This document shows positions 29,929 through 41,952 of a stretch of 64,000 bases of DNA, piece by piece (the first letter of the stretch is position 1; every line of letters begins with the position of its first letter). The notes below the pieces were generated by a model that worked only from the letters and a program-made list of their open reading frames with translations, made no database searches and was not told where the DNA came from. Made by a program: the position numbers and the translations under genes. Origin of the DNA: an uncultured cyanobacterium (lineage in GTDB: Bacteria > Cyanobacteriota > Cyanobacteriia > Cyanobacteriales > Nostocaceae). Where the stretch lies: positions 1,792,001 through 1,856,000 of the forward strand of contig CAVUDP010000002.1 in assembly GCA_963740315.1 (NCBI GenBank). The letters run 5' to 3'.

Positions 29929-30165
29929 CCCACCGGAGGTTGTAAACCCCCGGCTAATAGCAAAAGTCCATTGAAATGGACTGCTAATTTAATTGCAAAT
30001 CACAGTAATCTTTGTTGCGTTATTTTTCACAAATAATATTTGATCGGAAAGTGCAAGATTTAATCTTATTATTATTTATAGCTTTTATAACCTGAAAAAC
30101 GGGTTTTAAGTAGTCCACGAAAGTGGACTTTGTTTGGTTGGTTCCCCAGACTTCTAGTCTGAGGG
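29929..30165. repeat. MITE-like element with paired terminal hairpins
   Basis: CCGGAGGTTGTAAACCCCCGG and AGTCCATTGAAATGGACT on the left; AGTCCACGAAAGTGGACT and CAGACTTCTAGTCTG on the right. Confidence 0.6.
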
Positions 30166-30187
30166 TAACATTATTAAAGTACAAAAA

Positions 30188-30934
30188 ATGAAATTCCTCG
30201 GCATCGATTTGGGTTGGAAATCGCAACCAAGCGGCTTATGTTATCTAGAATTAATCGACGGTAAGCTGCAATTACAAGATTTAAATAGACTCGATGCGAT
30301 CGCAGATATCTTGGCTTGGGTTGATAATTGCGTTAATGCTGACGAAAGCGCCATTATAGCGGTAGATGCACCAACTCTTATCCCTAACGCTACCGGAAGT
30401 CGCTTACCCGACAAACTGACTCACAAACACTTTGGCAAATATCACGCTGGATGTTACCCAGCAAATCTCGGTTTAGCTTTTGCTCAACGCACGGTTAATT
30501 TTGGCTTAGAATTGGAATCTCGCGGTTATCTCCACGCACCGACTATAGAAGCGCAAAAGCTTGGTAGATATCAAGTTGAAGTATTCCCACATCCCGCTAT
30601 AGTTCAGCTTTTTGGCTTAGAGCGCATTCTCAAATATAAAAAAGGAAGAATAAGCGATCGCCATCTTGAACTCACCAAGCTTTACAATTACATCACCGAT
30701 ATTTTACCGACTTTAGAACCAAGTTTAAATAAAGATACAAATTCGCATTTCTTGCATTTTGAATTCTTGATTTCAACCTGTACGGGGAAAATTCTTAAAG
30801 CAGCAGAAGATAAGCTTGATAGTTTTATTTGTGCTTATGTCGCGGCTTATTGGTGGTATTGGGGAGAACAACGAAATTTAGTTTTGGGTGATGCAAATAC
30901 TGGTTATATTGTGATTCCAAATAAAGTGGGGTGA
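30188..30934 (+). CDS. DUF429 protein (predicted RNase H-fold nuclease)
   Basis: FLGIDLGW, AVDAP, EVFPHP, DKLDSFICA. Confidence 0.85.
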   Translation: MKFLGIDLGWKSQPSGLCYLELIDGKLQLQDLNRLDAIADILAWVDNCVNADESAIIAVDAPTLIPNATGSRLPDKLTHKHFGKYHAGCYPANLGLAFAQRTVNFGLELESRGYLHAPTIEAQKLGRYQVEVFPHPAIVQLFGLERILKYKKGRISDRHLELTKLYNYITDILPTLEPSLNKDTNSHFLHFEFLISTCTGKILKAAEDKLDSFICAYVAAYWWYWGEQRNLVLGDANTGYIVIPNKVG

Positions 30935-30987
30935 TGAGGAGTAGGAAATTATTCTCCTCATGCTATAAAATAAGTTTTACTTTTAAC

Positions 30988-32469
30988 TTATTTGTGCGTA
31001 CTACCGTCTGGCATAATCGCACCTGTTAGTTTGACATTGTTTAGGTTTACACCGTTGAGGTTAGTATATCGCAAGTTCGCACCTCTTAAGTCAGCACCAT
31101 CGAGCTGAGTGAAATAAAATTTTGCACCCCGTAAATCCGCGCCACGTAAATCCGCGTTATTCAAATCCGCGTTATCTAAATTCGCGTTTGATAAATTTGC
31201 ATCTGTCAATATTGCACTACTAAGCCTTGCTCCAAGAAGATTTACATCGCTCAAATTACTGCCTTTAAAATTTGCATTTACCAAATTACTATGTTGTAAA
31301 TTACCTTTTTTAAGGCTAATACCTTGTAGTTGAGTATTTGCTAAGTTTGCATTTTGAAAGTTACAGAAGTTGCACTCTTTGGTTGTCTTCAATTTATCCA
31401 GCAGAATCGCTTGCTCGCGTTTCATTAGTAATTCTTGTAACCTATTTATTCTATCTATTTTGTCTTCAAGATGTTCTTTTTTATAGAGAAGATGGTCAAT
31501 TGTTCTTCGTTGTCTTTCAATTACACGCTGTTGATAAACAGAAGTTTTTTGAATACTTTGAGTTCCTGCAATAGCTATCAAAATAAGTAATGGTACTGCA
31601 AAAGTTTGACCGAATATACTGCCTTCAATTGATTTTGATTTGGATTTTGTGTTTGATTTTAATAAAATAGGGATTGGCTTTAATGCCTCTAATGCTACTG
31701 CTGCGTTTGCAAACCTATTTTTGATATTTGGCTCAACCATTTTACGCAACCACCGTACAAATTGCGGATCAATCCCTGATGGCAAACACTTAAAATCAAA
31801 TCGGTATTCATCATTAATTAATTTACCAACATCAACCGAACGGGTACCGCTGAGCAAACAAATTAACGTTACGCCTAAACTATATAAATCGGATGCTTCT
31901 GTTAAATCGCGACCAAAATATTCTTCAGGAGGAATAAAACCAGGAGTTCCAGAAGCAACGCTGCTAAGTGCAATTTCATTATTATGAATTCTTGCAAACC
32001 CAAAATCAACTAAGTAAGCGTTGAATTTTTTATCGACTAAAATATTTTCAGGTTTAATATCGCGGTGAATAATTTGGGGTTTGCGCTGTTGCAAATAAAC
32101 CAAAATTTCTAAAATAGATATGGCAATTTTCTTAACTTGTTTGGGGGTAAATTGCCTTTCAACTGCCAGAGATGGAGCATCTTTATATTCCTGTACTAAG
32201 CCAAAACCGTGCGATGTTTCAAATGTTGTTAAGTAGCTCGGAATACGCGGATGATTTAACTGTTGCAATACTTCGATTTCCCGTTCGTAGGCTTTAAAAC
32301 CCGACCAATCCGTATCTACATCTGCAAAGCGAAATTCTTTGATTACTACTCAATCTTTGGAACCTTCAACTTCAGCGAGGTGTGTAATGCGTCCCCCGAA
32401 GCGATTTTTCCCTAATTCCTTGTTAATTTGATAGCCTAGATGTGAAAAATCTGTTTTTTGAATCGCCAT
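30988..32469 (-). pseudogene. Ser/Thr protein kinase with C-terminal pentapeptide repeats, interrupted by an in-frame TGA
   Basis: ATG 32469 gives MAIQKTDFSHLGYQINKELG...GSKD*VVIKEF...; TGA at 32352-32350. HRDIKPEN, DFG, a TM helix and pentapeptide repeats follow. Confidence 0.85.
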
Positions 32470-32689
32470 CGTTATCTCCACGCGCAATTATTGCAACTCG
32501 ATTCCTGATAATACGCAGGTATTACAGATTAATTTTACATAGAAAAAATCAGGGCGTTGTAAATTTGTACAATATCTTATTCTTATCTTTAAACTTAACT
32601 GTGCCAATAGTATGCGAATCGAGGAAATATTGCTACTGTATTTTTCTATAAATTATTGAGATACTTTACAAAAATTAAATTTACTTAAT

Positions 32690-33691
32690 CTACCGCGAAA
32701 AATTAGGCTCCACAACTTCGGGAAAACTATCAAAATTTCGCCGCACCCAATCCATACCGACTTCGTTATTTAATTTGATATGTTGGGGGCTATTCGGATA
32801 AATTTTTCCTAAAATATCGGCATCTTGTTCGATAACTACTTCTACAAGTTTTAGTAAATTCCGTTTAATTAAATGAGCTACTGGTGAATGCGCTTTGACA
32901 AACATCAAAATAAAAACGCGGGATTGATTTGAGGATTCTGGTACATAAAAATGACATTCTTTAATGCTTAAAATTGGACTTTCGCCGTGCATAACTGCCA
33001 TAAATGGGAAAAAATTCTCTAAATGCGCTTCTAAGACTTTCGGCATTGCTAAAAGCGCCGGATTTTTTAAAATATCGCGAGTTGTCGGTTTTTTTCGAGG
33101 TTGAGCAATATAAGCGTGAGAGTGAAATCCATCATCGATAAACTGCTTTAACTGCACTTCCTCAATTTCAAATAACTCGCGATGGGTACCATTTTGATGG
33201 TTGTAATCGTGCATATTTAGGAGAAGCGCTAAAAAATCAGTTTCAATAGTGCGATCGCAACTTTTACCGATAAATTCGTAATTTGCTGCAATCTCATTCA
33301 TAATCGTTGGAATCGGAATTTCGGCTTCGTAACCGCCATAACTCCAAATAAAATCTCCTTGAACGATCAATTCTAATGGTTGTAGAAGTGATTTAGTTGA
33401 CTTATCCGATCCGGGTAATACCGTACAGCCAGCGCCATCAAATTCCAACGCATGAAACGGACAAACCACCGCACTACTACCGTCAGGCTTAGTTACGCAC
33501 CAACCTTCTGATAGCATTGCACCCATATGAGGGCAGGCATTAGGCAAGCAACTTATTTTACCGTTGCTATCTTGCCAAAGTACGTAGTCGTTACCATAAA
33601 GAGAAACTTTCCGAGGCTGATTTGGCTTAAACATCGAACGATGTGCTAATAACCACGGTGCGCCTTTTAACATAGTTCTAAAAATTTTCAA
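32690..33691 (-). CDS. Rieske [2Fe-2S] non-heme iron oxygenase
   Basis: CPH...CPFH Rieske ligands; DYNHQNGTH mononuclear-iron motif; downstream EQD. Confidence 0.9.
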   Translation of the reverse strand: MKIFRTMLKGAPWLLAHRSMFKPNQPRKVSLYGNDYVLWQDSNGKISCLPNACPHMGAMLSEGWCVTKPDGSSAVVCPFHALEFDGAGCTVLPGSDKSTKSLLQPLELIVQGDFIWSYGGYEAEIPIPTIMNEIAANYEFIGKSCDRTIETDFLALLLNMHDYNHQNGTHRELFEIEEVQLKQFIDDGFHSHAYIAQPRKKPTTRDILKNPALLAMPKVLEAHLENFFPFMAVMHGESPILSIKECHFYVPESSNQSRVFILMFVKAHSPVAHLIKRNLLKLVEVVIEQDADILGKIYPNSPQHIKLNNEVGMDWVRRNFDSFPEVVEPNFSR

Positions 33692-33780
33692 CTAACAGAT
33701 TTATGAAATAAGTTTAGTATCTATTAATTAAAACTGTCTCGCGCAATCTTCCGAAAAATAGCAAAATCTTCCGTTTAATT

Positions 33781-34674
33781 TCAAAGCGCTTGTTTAAACT
33801 TTCTCGGAGTTATACCAACGTATTTACAAAAAACCTTTGCAAAATGACTTTGACTTTTAAATCCTACAAGCTCGGAAATTTGTGTAACTGATAATTCACG
33901 AGAAGCGAGGAGAGATTTTGCTTTTTCTATTCGACATTTAGTTATATATTGATGGGGTGCGATTCCAATTGATTGTTTAAATAAGGTGGCAAAATAATGA
34001 GGACTCATTTGTGCTATCTGACTCATTTGAGCAAGAGACAAATTTTCGTCTAAATTATCGTTGATATAATCGGTAATTTCTTTTAATTTATATTTTGGTA
34101 ATCCGTCGGCATATTCTTTGACAATAACTTTTCGCGTCGAATAGCGTTTTAATAAATGTACCGCGAGCATATTAGCTGCTGATTCTATATATAGACGACT
34201 ATCAGAGATACTTATTTGTATTTCTCTTTTGATTGCCAATCCAATTTGTTTAATTAAAGGGTCGTAAGTTTTTATTTGCTGTATAATTTCAATGCTATTA
34301 ATATCAATTGATTCATCAACGGCGCTAATTAAAAAATCCGGTTCAAAACTTAATATAATAAATTCATTATCTTGCTCAAACTCTGCTGCTGGCGAAGTTT
34401 GATAAGCCGGGAATATCCCTACATCATCTTCCCCGTAATATTGACGCTGCCAATATTTATTAATCTTAAAATTTGCATGGAAGTTTTTAGGAGAAATACC
34501 AATAATATGTTGACAAGATAAAGTTTCAGGTACTTTATAATTTAATTGTCGATGATAGTTAAAATAAAAGCCATTCCACAGAATCGGGCTTGAAAAAATC
34601 AACGGTTTAGGTAAAATTTGTTTTAATTTATTTGGTTGAGCGGCATTTATTTTTAACGGTTGTTCTGTTTCCAT
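33781..34674 (-). CDS. AraC family transcriptional regulator
   Basis: C-terminal double HTH (MSPHYFATLFK...VGFKSQSHFAKVF...TP). Confidence 0.93.
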   Translation of the reverse strand: METEQPLKINAAQPNKLKQILPKPLIFSSPILWNGFYFNYHRQLNYKVPETLSCQHIIGISPKNFHANFKINKYWQRQYYGEDDVGIFPAYQTSPAAEFEQDNEFIILSFEPDFLISAVDESIDINSIEIIQQIKTYDPLIKQIGLAIKREIQISISDSRLYIESAANMLAVHLLKRYSTRKVIVKEYADGLPKYKLKEITDYINDNLDENLSLAQMSQIAQMSPHYFATLFKQSIGIAPHQYITKCRIEKAKSLLASRELSVTQISELVGFKSQSHFAKVFCKYVGITPRKFKQAL

Positions 34675-34888
34675 TGCTATGTAAGCCCTGAATGTATGTC
34701 TTTATATATAATAAGTTTTTCATAAAAAAACGAGCAAGATACCCGTTTCAGAATATTTATTACTCGCATTCTTACTCTTTTTTCTCCCCAATTTTAATTA
34801 AGCCGCGATCGCAACAAAAATAAAGTTTGTGTAGACTGGCGTTTTCGTACAGAAGAAGCTAGCAATAAGCTATCGAAGATTTATCCAG

Positions 34889-35163
34889 CCCCTCATAACT
34901 TATGTAGCTCCGTACTACTAATTAATTGCATTAACTTTAACGGGTAACAAAGGTTCGTAGTAAGAGTTTTAACTCTTATTCTGACGATTAAAATCCTCGC
35001 ATGGAAGGGCTTAAGCCCTTACTACAAACCTGTCAAAATTAATGTAGCTCCGTACTACTAATTAATTGCATTAATTTTTACGGGTTGTAGAGACGTAGCA
35101 CAGAATAGTCTCCCGACATTTACAATAAAACGAACCCCTCAAAATTAATGTGGCGGAATACTA
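34889..35163. repeat. Compound MITE/REP array
   Basis: ATGTAGCTCCGTACTACTAATTAATTGCATTAA occurs twice (about 34902 and 35042), enclosing GGTTCGTAGTAAG...CTTACTACAAACC, and is followed by a GTAGAGACGTAGCA REP. Confidence 0.75.
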
Positions 35164-36312
35164 CTGATTTACTATGTATTGTGATTCCATCGGTTCGACT
35201 TTACCTATTTTGACTAAAGCTTGGTAAACCATTGTCGCTACCTCTGCGCGTGTAGCTTCTTCATTAGGTCGGAAAAAACTACGGTCTGGATGATTCACAA
35301 TCAACCCGTTAGCTGTAGCAATAGCTACATTCTCTCTTGCCCATGCGGGAATTTGGTCGGCATCTTTGTAGACGCTTAGAACCTGATCTTGAGAAACAGG
35401 AGTTTTTAAAGTTTTATCAAGTCCGCTAACTAGGGCTACTATAACTTCTACTCGCGGAATCCTTTTTTCCGGTCTAAACAAATTCGCGTTATAGCCTTTC
35501 ATGAATTTTTTATCAACAGCATCGTTAATTTGCTTTTGTGCCCAAAAATCAGCTGGTACATCCGCAAAGTCTCTTTCACTATTGGTAAGATCGGTTTCAA
35601 ATCCTTTGTCAATTATCGCAGCAAACTCGGCACGGGTTACAGGTTGTTGCGGTCTATAGGTATTGTTTTCGTAGCCTTCGATAATTTTCCGGGATGAAAG
35701 TTTGTCCACAAAAGGCTTAGCCCAAAAATTAGCTGGTACATCCGCAAAATCTTTCGGTGGCGGAATTGTAGGTGGTTTTGTGGCTGTAGCTTCTGGGGTA
35801 GGTGTTTGGGTTGGAGTTGCTGTCTGTGTTGGAGTTGGCTTATCAACTATTACTGGCACGATCGGTTTAAGGTTAGCTTCATCTCGATTAACTGGGGCTT
35901 GGTTGGAGGTATCGCCAGTTACCTTGTCTAGATCCCGTGGTAATTCTCTTCGTGGCGGTACTAAAAATGGTGGTATTACCGCGTTATCTGTTCTCCTCTC
36001 TTGCAAAACTAGATCTCTCCGCCGGGTTGGTTCAGCCTCTCTAACTGGTTGACGATACTTAAGATTATTATTTGGTTCTGGGGAAGGAACCAATAACTTA
36101 GTCAAATTATCATCTCTATTCGATTGAAGGGTGTCAGCTACGGGAGCTTTTGGCAACAAGTTACCGAAGTTCCAGTTAGAATCTTTTCGGGAAAGCGACC
36201 AAAAAAGAATTGAACCGATAGTTAAAAAAGCAACTAGTATGCCGATAAAATCGTCAAAACCCAATTCATCGTTTGAAGATGACTCAGGATTGGAAGGGGG
36301 TTGATTAGTCAT
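35161..36312 (-). CDS. Membrane-anchored S-layer homology (SLH) domain protein
   Basis: N-terminal TM, Pro/Thr linker, three SLH repeats (FADVPANFWA, TRAEFA, TRAEVA). Confidence 0.9.
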   Translation of the reverse strand: MTNQPPSNPESSSNDELGFDDFIGILVAFLTIGSILFWSLSRKDSNWNFGNLLPKAPVADTLQSNRDDNLTKLLVPSPEPNNNLKYRQPVREAEPTRRRDLVLQERRTDNAVIPPFLVPPRRELPRDLDKVTGDTSNQAPVNRDEANLKPIVPVIVDKPTPTQTATPTQTPTPEATATKPPTIPPPKDFADVPANFWAKPFVDKLSSRKIIEGYENNTYRPQQPVTRAEFAAIIDKGFETDLTNSERDFADVPADFWAQKQINDAVDKKFMKGYNANLFRPEKRIPRVEVIVALVSGLDKTLKTPVSQDQVLSVYKDADQIPAWARENVAIATANGLIVNHPDRSFFRPNEEATRAEVATMVYQALVKIGKVEPMESQYIVNQ

Positions 36313-36420
36313 CGCTATAATTATCCTGCTGGTATTAAAATTAGCATCTAACAGAATTAAGCCATAGACTATCCCCTTACAGTACTTTTTTCAAGACAAT
36401 TATTATTTTTTGTAATTAGA

Positions 36421-36667
36421 CATTGGTAATTGGGCGTTGGGAATTGGGAGAGGGGTAGAGGGGGTAGAGGGGACAAGGGGATGGGGGGACAAGGGGATGG
36501 GGGGACAAGGGGATGGGGGGACAAGGGGAAAATATTAACTCCTCACTCCTAACTCCTAATTCCTAACTCCTAACTCCTCACTCCTAACTCCTAATTCCTA
36601 ACTCCTAATTCCTAATTCCTAACTCCTAATTCCTAATTCCTAACTCCTAACTCCTAACTCCTAACTC
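36421..36667. repeat. STRR block: 16-bp GGGGACAAGGGGATGG repeats and many (C/T)TCCTAA heptamers
   Basis: Direct reading of the sequence. Confidence 0.9.
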
Positions 36668-36669
36668 TT

Positions 36670-37986
36670 CTAAAGCACTCGTAACAAACTAGGAATGCGA
36701 TCGATTGCTTCTAGGTTGCGAATTTCATCTAAGGCTTTGTGAAAATTATCTTCGGTAACATCATGGGTAACTACTACGATTTCAGCTAATTTTTCTTGGA
36801 AACCAGTCTGGACAATTGATTCTAAACTGACTCCGCATTTGCCGAAGCAAGTACCCAATTTCCCGATTACTCCCGGTTGATCTTTTGTCAGGAAACGCGC
36901 ATAAAATCTTGTAACAAGTTCGGATGCTGGAGCTAATTGACAATATTCTTGATGGAAACTAGCTAGCAATGGGTCTAAATTAGAAATTTTATATTTTGAA
37001 TTTTTCTGATTTGATTCAGGTAAACTTATAAGTTGAGAAACAAGATTTAAAATATCTGATGATACTGCTGAAGCTGTAGCACCCGCACCCGCACCAGGTC
37101 CGAAAAACATTACTTGTCCGATGGGTTCACCTTCTACAAAAATGGCATTATTTACGCCGTTAATACTCGCTAAGGGATGCCCCAAAGGTACTAAAGTCGG
37201 ATGAACTCTCACCGAAAGCGACGATCGATTAACTTTTTTAGCGATCGCCAACAGTTTAATTACAAATCCCAACTTCTGAGCATAGGCAATATCAGTTCCA
37301 CCGATCTGCCGAATACCTTCACAATACACATCTTCCCTGTTAATGGCTCCATTAAAAGCTATAGATGCTAAAATGGCGATTTTATCGGCAGAGTCTAAAC
37401 CTTCTACATCGGCAGTGGGATCTGCTTCTGCATAACCCAAGCTTTGTGCATCAGCTAATACATCATCGAAGCTACTGCCTTCGTTCTGCATCCGCGTCAA
37501 AATGTAGTTAGTTGTACCGTTGATAATACCAGTAACGGCTTGAATTCTATTAACGCTTAAAGATTGCTTTAACGGTTGAATTACCGGGATTCCACCACCT
37601 ACAGATGCTTCAACCATTACATACACTCCTGCTTGATTGGCAGCTGTATATAATTCATTGCCAAAGCGAGAAATTGCGGCTTTATTGGCAGTAACAACGT
37701 GCTTACCGTTGCGGATGGCTTTGAGCATTAACTCTCGCGCTGGTTCCAATCCACCCATCACTTCTACCACAATATCTATCTGGGGATCGTTGACAATCGC
37801 CTCTAAATCTGTAGTAATAACCCCTTTTGGTAAATCTACCCCACGAGGCTTATCTAGCGATCGCACTCCGACGCGATATATTTCGATTTCTTCTAATAAA
37901 GGATGGCGACTATCGCTATCTAATAACAACTGCACTGTACCGCAGCCGACAGTACCTAATCCCAAGATTCCCAGTTTAAAACCCAC
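36670..37986 (-). CDS. hom: Homoserine dehydrogenase (with ACT domain)
   Basis: GLGTVG, VVTANK, EASVGGGIP, NGTTNYIL, GYAEADP, C-terminal ACT; probable GTG start at 37986. Confidence 0.96.
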   Translation of the reverse strand: MGFKLGILGLGTVGCGTVQLLLDSDSRHPLLEEIEIYRVGVRSLDKPRGVDLPKGVITTDLEAIVNDPQIDIVVEVMGGLEPARELMLKAIRNGKHVVTANKAAISRFGNELYTAANQAGVYVMVEASVGGGIPVIQPLKQSLSVNRIQAVTGIINGTTNYILTRMQNEGSSFDDVLADAQSLGYAEADPTADVEGLDSADKIAILASIAFNGAINREDVYCEGIRQIGGTDIAYAQKLGFVIKLLAIAKKVNRSSLSVRVHPTLVPLGHPLASINGVNNAIFVEGEPIGQVMFFGPGAGAGATASAVSSDILNLVSQLISLPESNQKNSKYKISNLDPLLASFHQEYCQLAPASELVTRFYARFLTKDQPGVIGKLGTCFGKCGVSLESIVQTGFQEKLAEIVVVTHDVTEDNFHKALDEIRNLEAIDRIPSLLRVL

Positions 37987-38097
37987 CTTATTTGCACCCA
38001 ACTCCACTAAAAATAATATAGGTAGGGCAATATACCCTACCTAATAATGGTTTGTCAAAAGTCAGCAGTCAATCTATACAATGACTAACAACTTTTA

Positions 38098-39396
<1,299 letters not shown>

Positions 39397-40584
39397 TTAC
39401 TTAACCCTTCTAAAAAAATCTTTCCCAAAGGGCACGATGACTTAGTTTACCGAATTTCGGTATACCAAATGCAACTGCAAGATGGAAAACATTGGCATAA
39501 ATATAGCCATTAGTTCTACTGCTTACACTCTCACCTTAGTTGGCTGCGGGTTAGTTAAAGACACACCTGTTCACCTTAATAGGGTAGATGATAAGTTATT
39601 CGCAGAATGTTAATAATGAGTCAATTTAATTTTTTATTTTTCAATTTCGACCTCCTGGGACGGCAAAGATTGCTTGCCGAAGCCAAGGTTACAATTTCTT
39701 GCTTGCGGGTGCAGGCATTAAAACAAGTTAACGATAGTGGTGTAGGAAAATTAACTAATAACCAACCCTCCCCTGTATTTAACCTCCACCTTGGGGTTTG
39801 ATAAACTATCACCGCCGAGGTCTATCAATATTATTGATAATAATTTATAAAAGGATAATATGTTCCAATAAACAATATTTCCGCTTATCTAAGTAATGTT
39901 ATTCACGCTTCTGAAAATTTGTATACAATAAAACAGTTCTTAACTAAACTTAACTAAATCGTTCGTAACGCTTATAACTACGATCTTTACTCGTTACAGC
40001 TGTTGCCATAGCGATACCAAAATGCAGCTATACTTCATCGGCAATTGAAGGTGATATAAGCAACTATAATCAATTTTACGTGATGTGAAACATCTGTCAA
40101 CCTGGTGTTGATGTTATTGCTAGCAGGGGTCGCGGGCGATCGGGCAAAAACCATGCCGTAGAGTGCGATCTTTTAATCAAAAAATGATACAATTGTATAT
40201 TAAAGAACAATTACAGGTTGGAAACGTGTAAATAGTAACAACAAATTTCAATTCATTAAGTGCAATAAATTTTTAACTATTTAATAAATATCCGTAATTC
40301 TAGAGAAGCTTAGATGCAGCTTATTGTTCGGGTGTAAAACTTGTGTAGGATACCTTGCTTCTGTTACAATCCTAAATATCGCTAGGATTAAATACTTACA
40401 GCAACGAATCTCGACTAACAAGGCGGGGATCAAGTAATAAAGTCATTACTTACCTTTTTCTTGTCGTATCTTGCTGCCGTGTAGCCTCAACGCAGGGTAA
40501 ACAATAGGTGACTCCTAACCTAGAATAAATCTGTGTAAAAAAATATTGATTCAGTCATCTTTAGAAACTAATTAGAGGGGATTT

Positions 40585-41589
40585 ATGACAAACAAGCAGA
40601 ATCGCATTGTAATGATTGGAGTTGCTGGAGACTCCGGATGCGGTAAATCTACGTTTTTGCGTCGCCTAATTGATTTATTCGGTGAAGAGTTTATGACAGT
40701 GATCTGTTTAGATGACTATCATAGTTTAGACCGCAAGCAGCGCAAAGAAACAGGTATAACGGCATTAAATCCAAGAGCGAATAATTTTGACTTGATGTAC
40801 GAGCAAATGAAAGCTCTTAAGGAAGGTCAAGCTATTGATAAACCCATTTACAATCATGAAACCGGCGAATTAGATCCCCCTGAAAAGATAGAGCCGAATG
40901 ATATTATTGTGATCGAAGGATTGCATCCTTTGTATGACGAACGAGTACGTTCTTTGCTTGATTTCAGCGTCTATTTAGATATTAGCGATGAAGTCAAGAT
41001 TGCTTGGAAAATCCAGCGCGACATGGAAGAAAGGGGTCATGCATACGAAGATGTATTGGCTGCAATCAATTCCCGTAAGCCAGATTTCCAAAACTATATT
41101 GAACCGCAAAGAGAACATGCGGATGTGGTTCTTCAAGTATTACCAACCAATCTGATTAAAGATGATAAAGAGCGTAAAGTACTGCGAGTACGGATGCTGC
41201 AACGGGAAGGTAAGGAAGGTTTCGATCCAGTTTATCTGTTTGATGAAGGTTCAACAATTCAGTGGACTCCTTGCGGACGTAAACTAACTTGTTCTTACCC
41301 CGGTATGCAAATGTACTACGGTTCTGATGTATACTACGGTCGCTATGTTTCCGTATTAGAAGTTGATGGTCAATTTGATAACCTCGATGAAGTAATTTAT
41401 ATCGAGACGCATTTGAGCAAAACATCTACGAAGTATCAGGGAGAGATGACTCATTTGCTACTACAGCACCGCGAGTATCCTGGTTCTAATAACGGAACGG
41501 GTTTATTCCAAGTATTAACAGGTTTAAAAATGCGTGCTGCTTACGAACGCTTAACAAAGACGGAAGCGAAAATGGCTGTAGAAGTTTAG
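40585..41589 (+). CDS. prk: Phosphoribulokinase
   Basis: GDSGCGKST P-loop, ICLDDYH, KIQRDMEERGH. Confidence 0.98.
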   Translation: MTNKQNRIVMIGVAGDSGCGKSTFLRRLIDLFGEEFMTVICLDDYHSLDRKQRKETGITALNPRANNFDLMYEQMKALKEGQAIDKPIYNHETGELDPPEKIEPNDIIVIEGLHPLYDERVRSLLDFSVYLDISDEVKIAWKIQRDMEERGHAYEDVLAAINSRKPDFQNYIEPQREHADVVLQVLPTNLIKDDKERKVLRVRMLQREGKEGFDPVYLFDEGSTIQWTPCGRKLTCSYPGMQMYYGSDVYYGRYVSVLEVDGQFDNLDEVIYIETHLSKTSTKYQGEMTHLLLQHREYPGSNNGTGLFQVLTGLKMRAAYERLTKTEAKMAVEV

Positions 41590-41642
41590 TAGTCGCTGTA
41601 TAGGCTTAAAGCTTTTTTGAAAACCGCGATCTTTATTTTTTG

Positions 41643-41668
41643 GGGCATCGATGTGGTGCCCTTTTTTT
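41643..41668 (+). terminator. Intrinsic terminator after prk
   Basis: GGGCATC-GATGT-GGTGCCC hairpin followed by a T run. Confidence 0.65.
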
Positions 41669-41952
41669 TATTTTTGAAAAAACTGAGTATTTTTTCTATA
41701 CCTTATTTGCCCAACCCGTTCTCAACCAGTAATTTTATTTATCAAATGGTATTCCTATAGTAAAATATGTTTCTAAAAATTAAGTAGTAAATAAAGCATT
41801 TATTTTCAATTAAATTATGATAACTCTTGATTTTTAAAAAGTTAATTGTAATACTCATTATTAACTGCAAAAATATTGATATGATTGCAGATTAAAGCGA
41901 CTTAATAAAATGATTAAATTAAGTCGAAATACTCTAATTGGAGGAATTCAAT

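Noticed and set aside
32350..32352. TGA as selenocysteine or an alternative genetic code
   Set aside because: It is a non-catalytic loop position, and TGA terminates other genes here (e.g. 912, 17501, 30934)
34902..35075. Two 33-bp direct repeats as a CRISPR array
   Set aside because: Only two copies, about 107 bp apart, with a REP palindrome between them and no cas genes; better explained as tandem MITE units
36537..36667. (C/T)TCCTAA tandem array as CRISPR or telomere-like sequence
   Set aside because: Spacer-less heptamer STRR typical of heterocystous cyanobacteria
39607..39812. Two overlapping ~63-aa ORFs, and a possible c-di-GMP riboswitch, in the petH-prk gap
   Set aside because: The ORFs lack coding features; the GGCAAA hairpin lacks the GNRA-loop/receptor architecture of GEMM riboswitches
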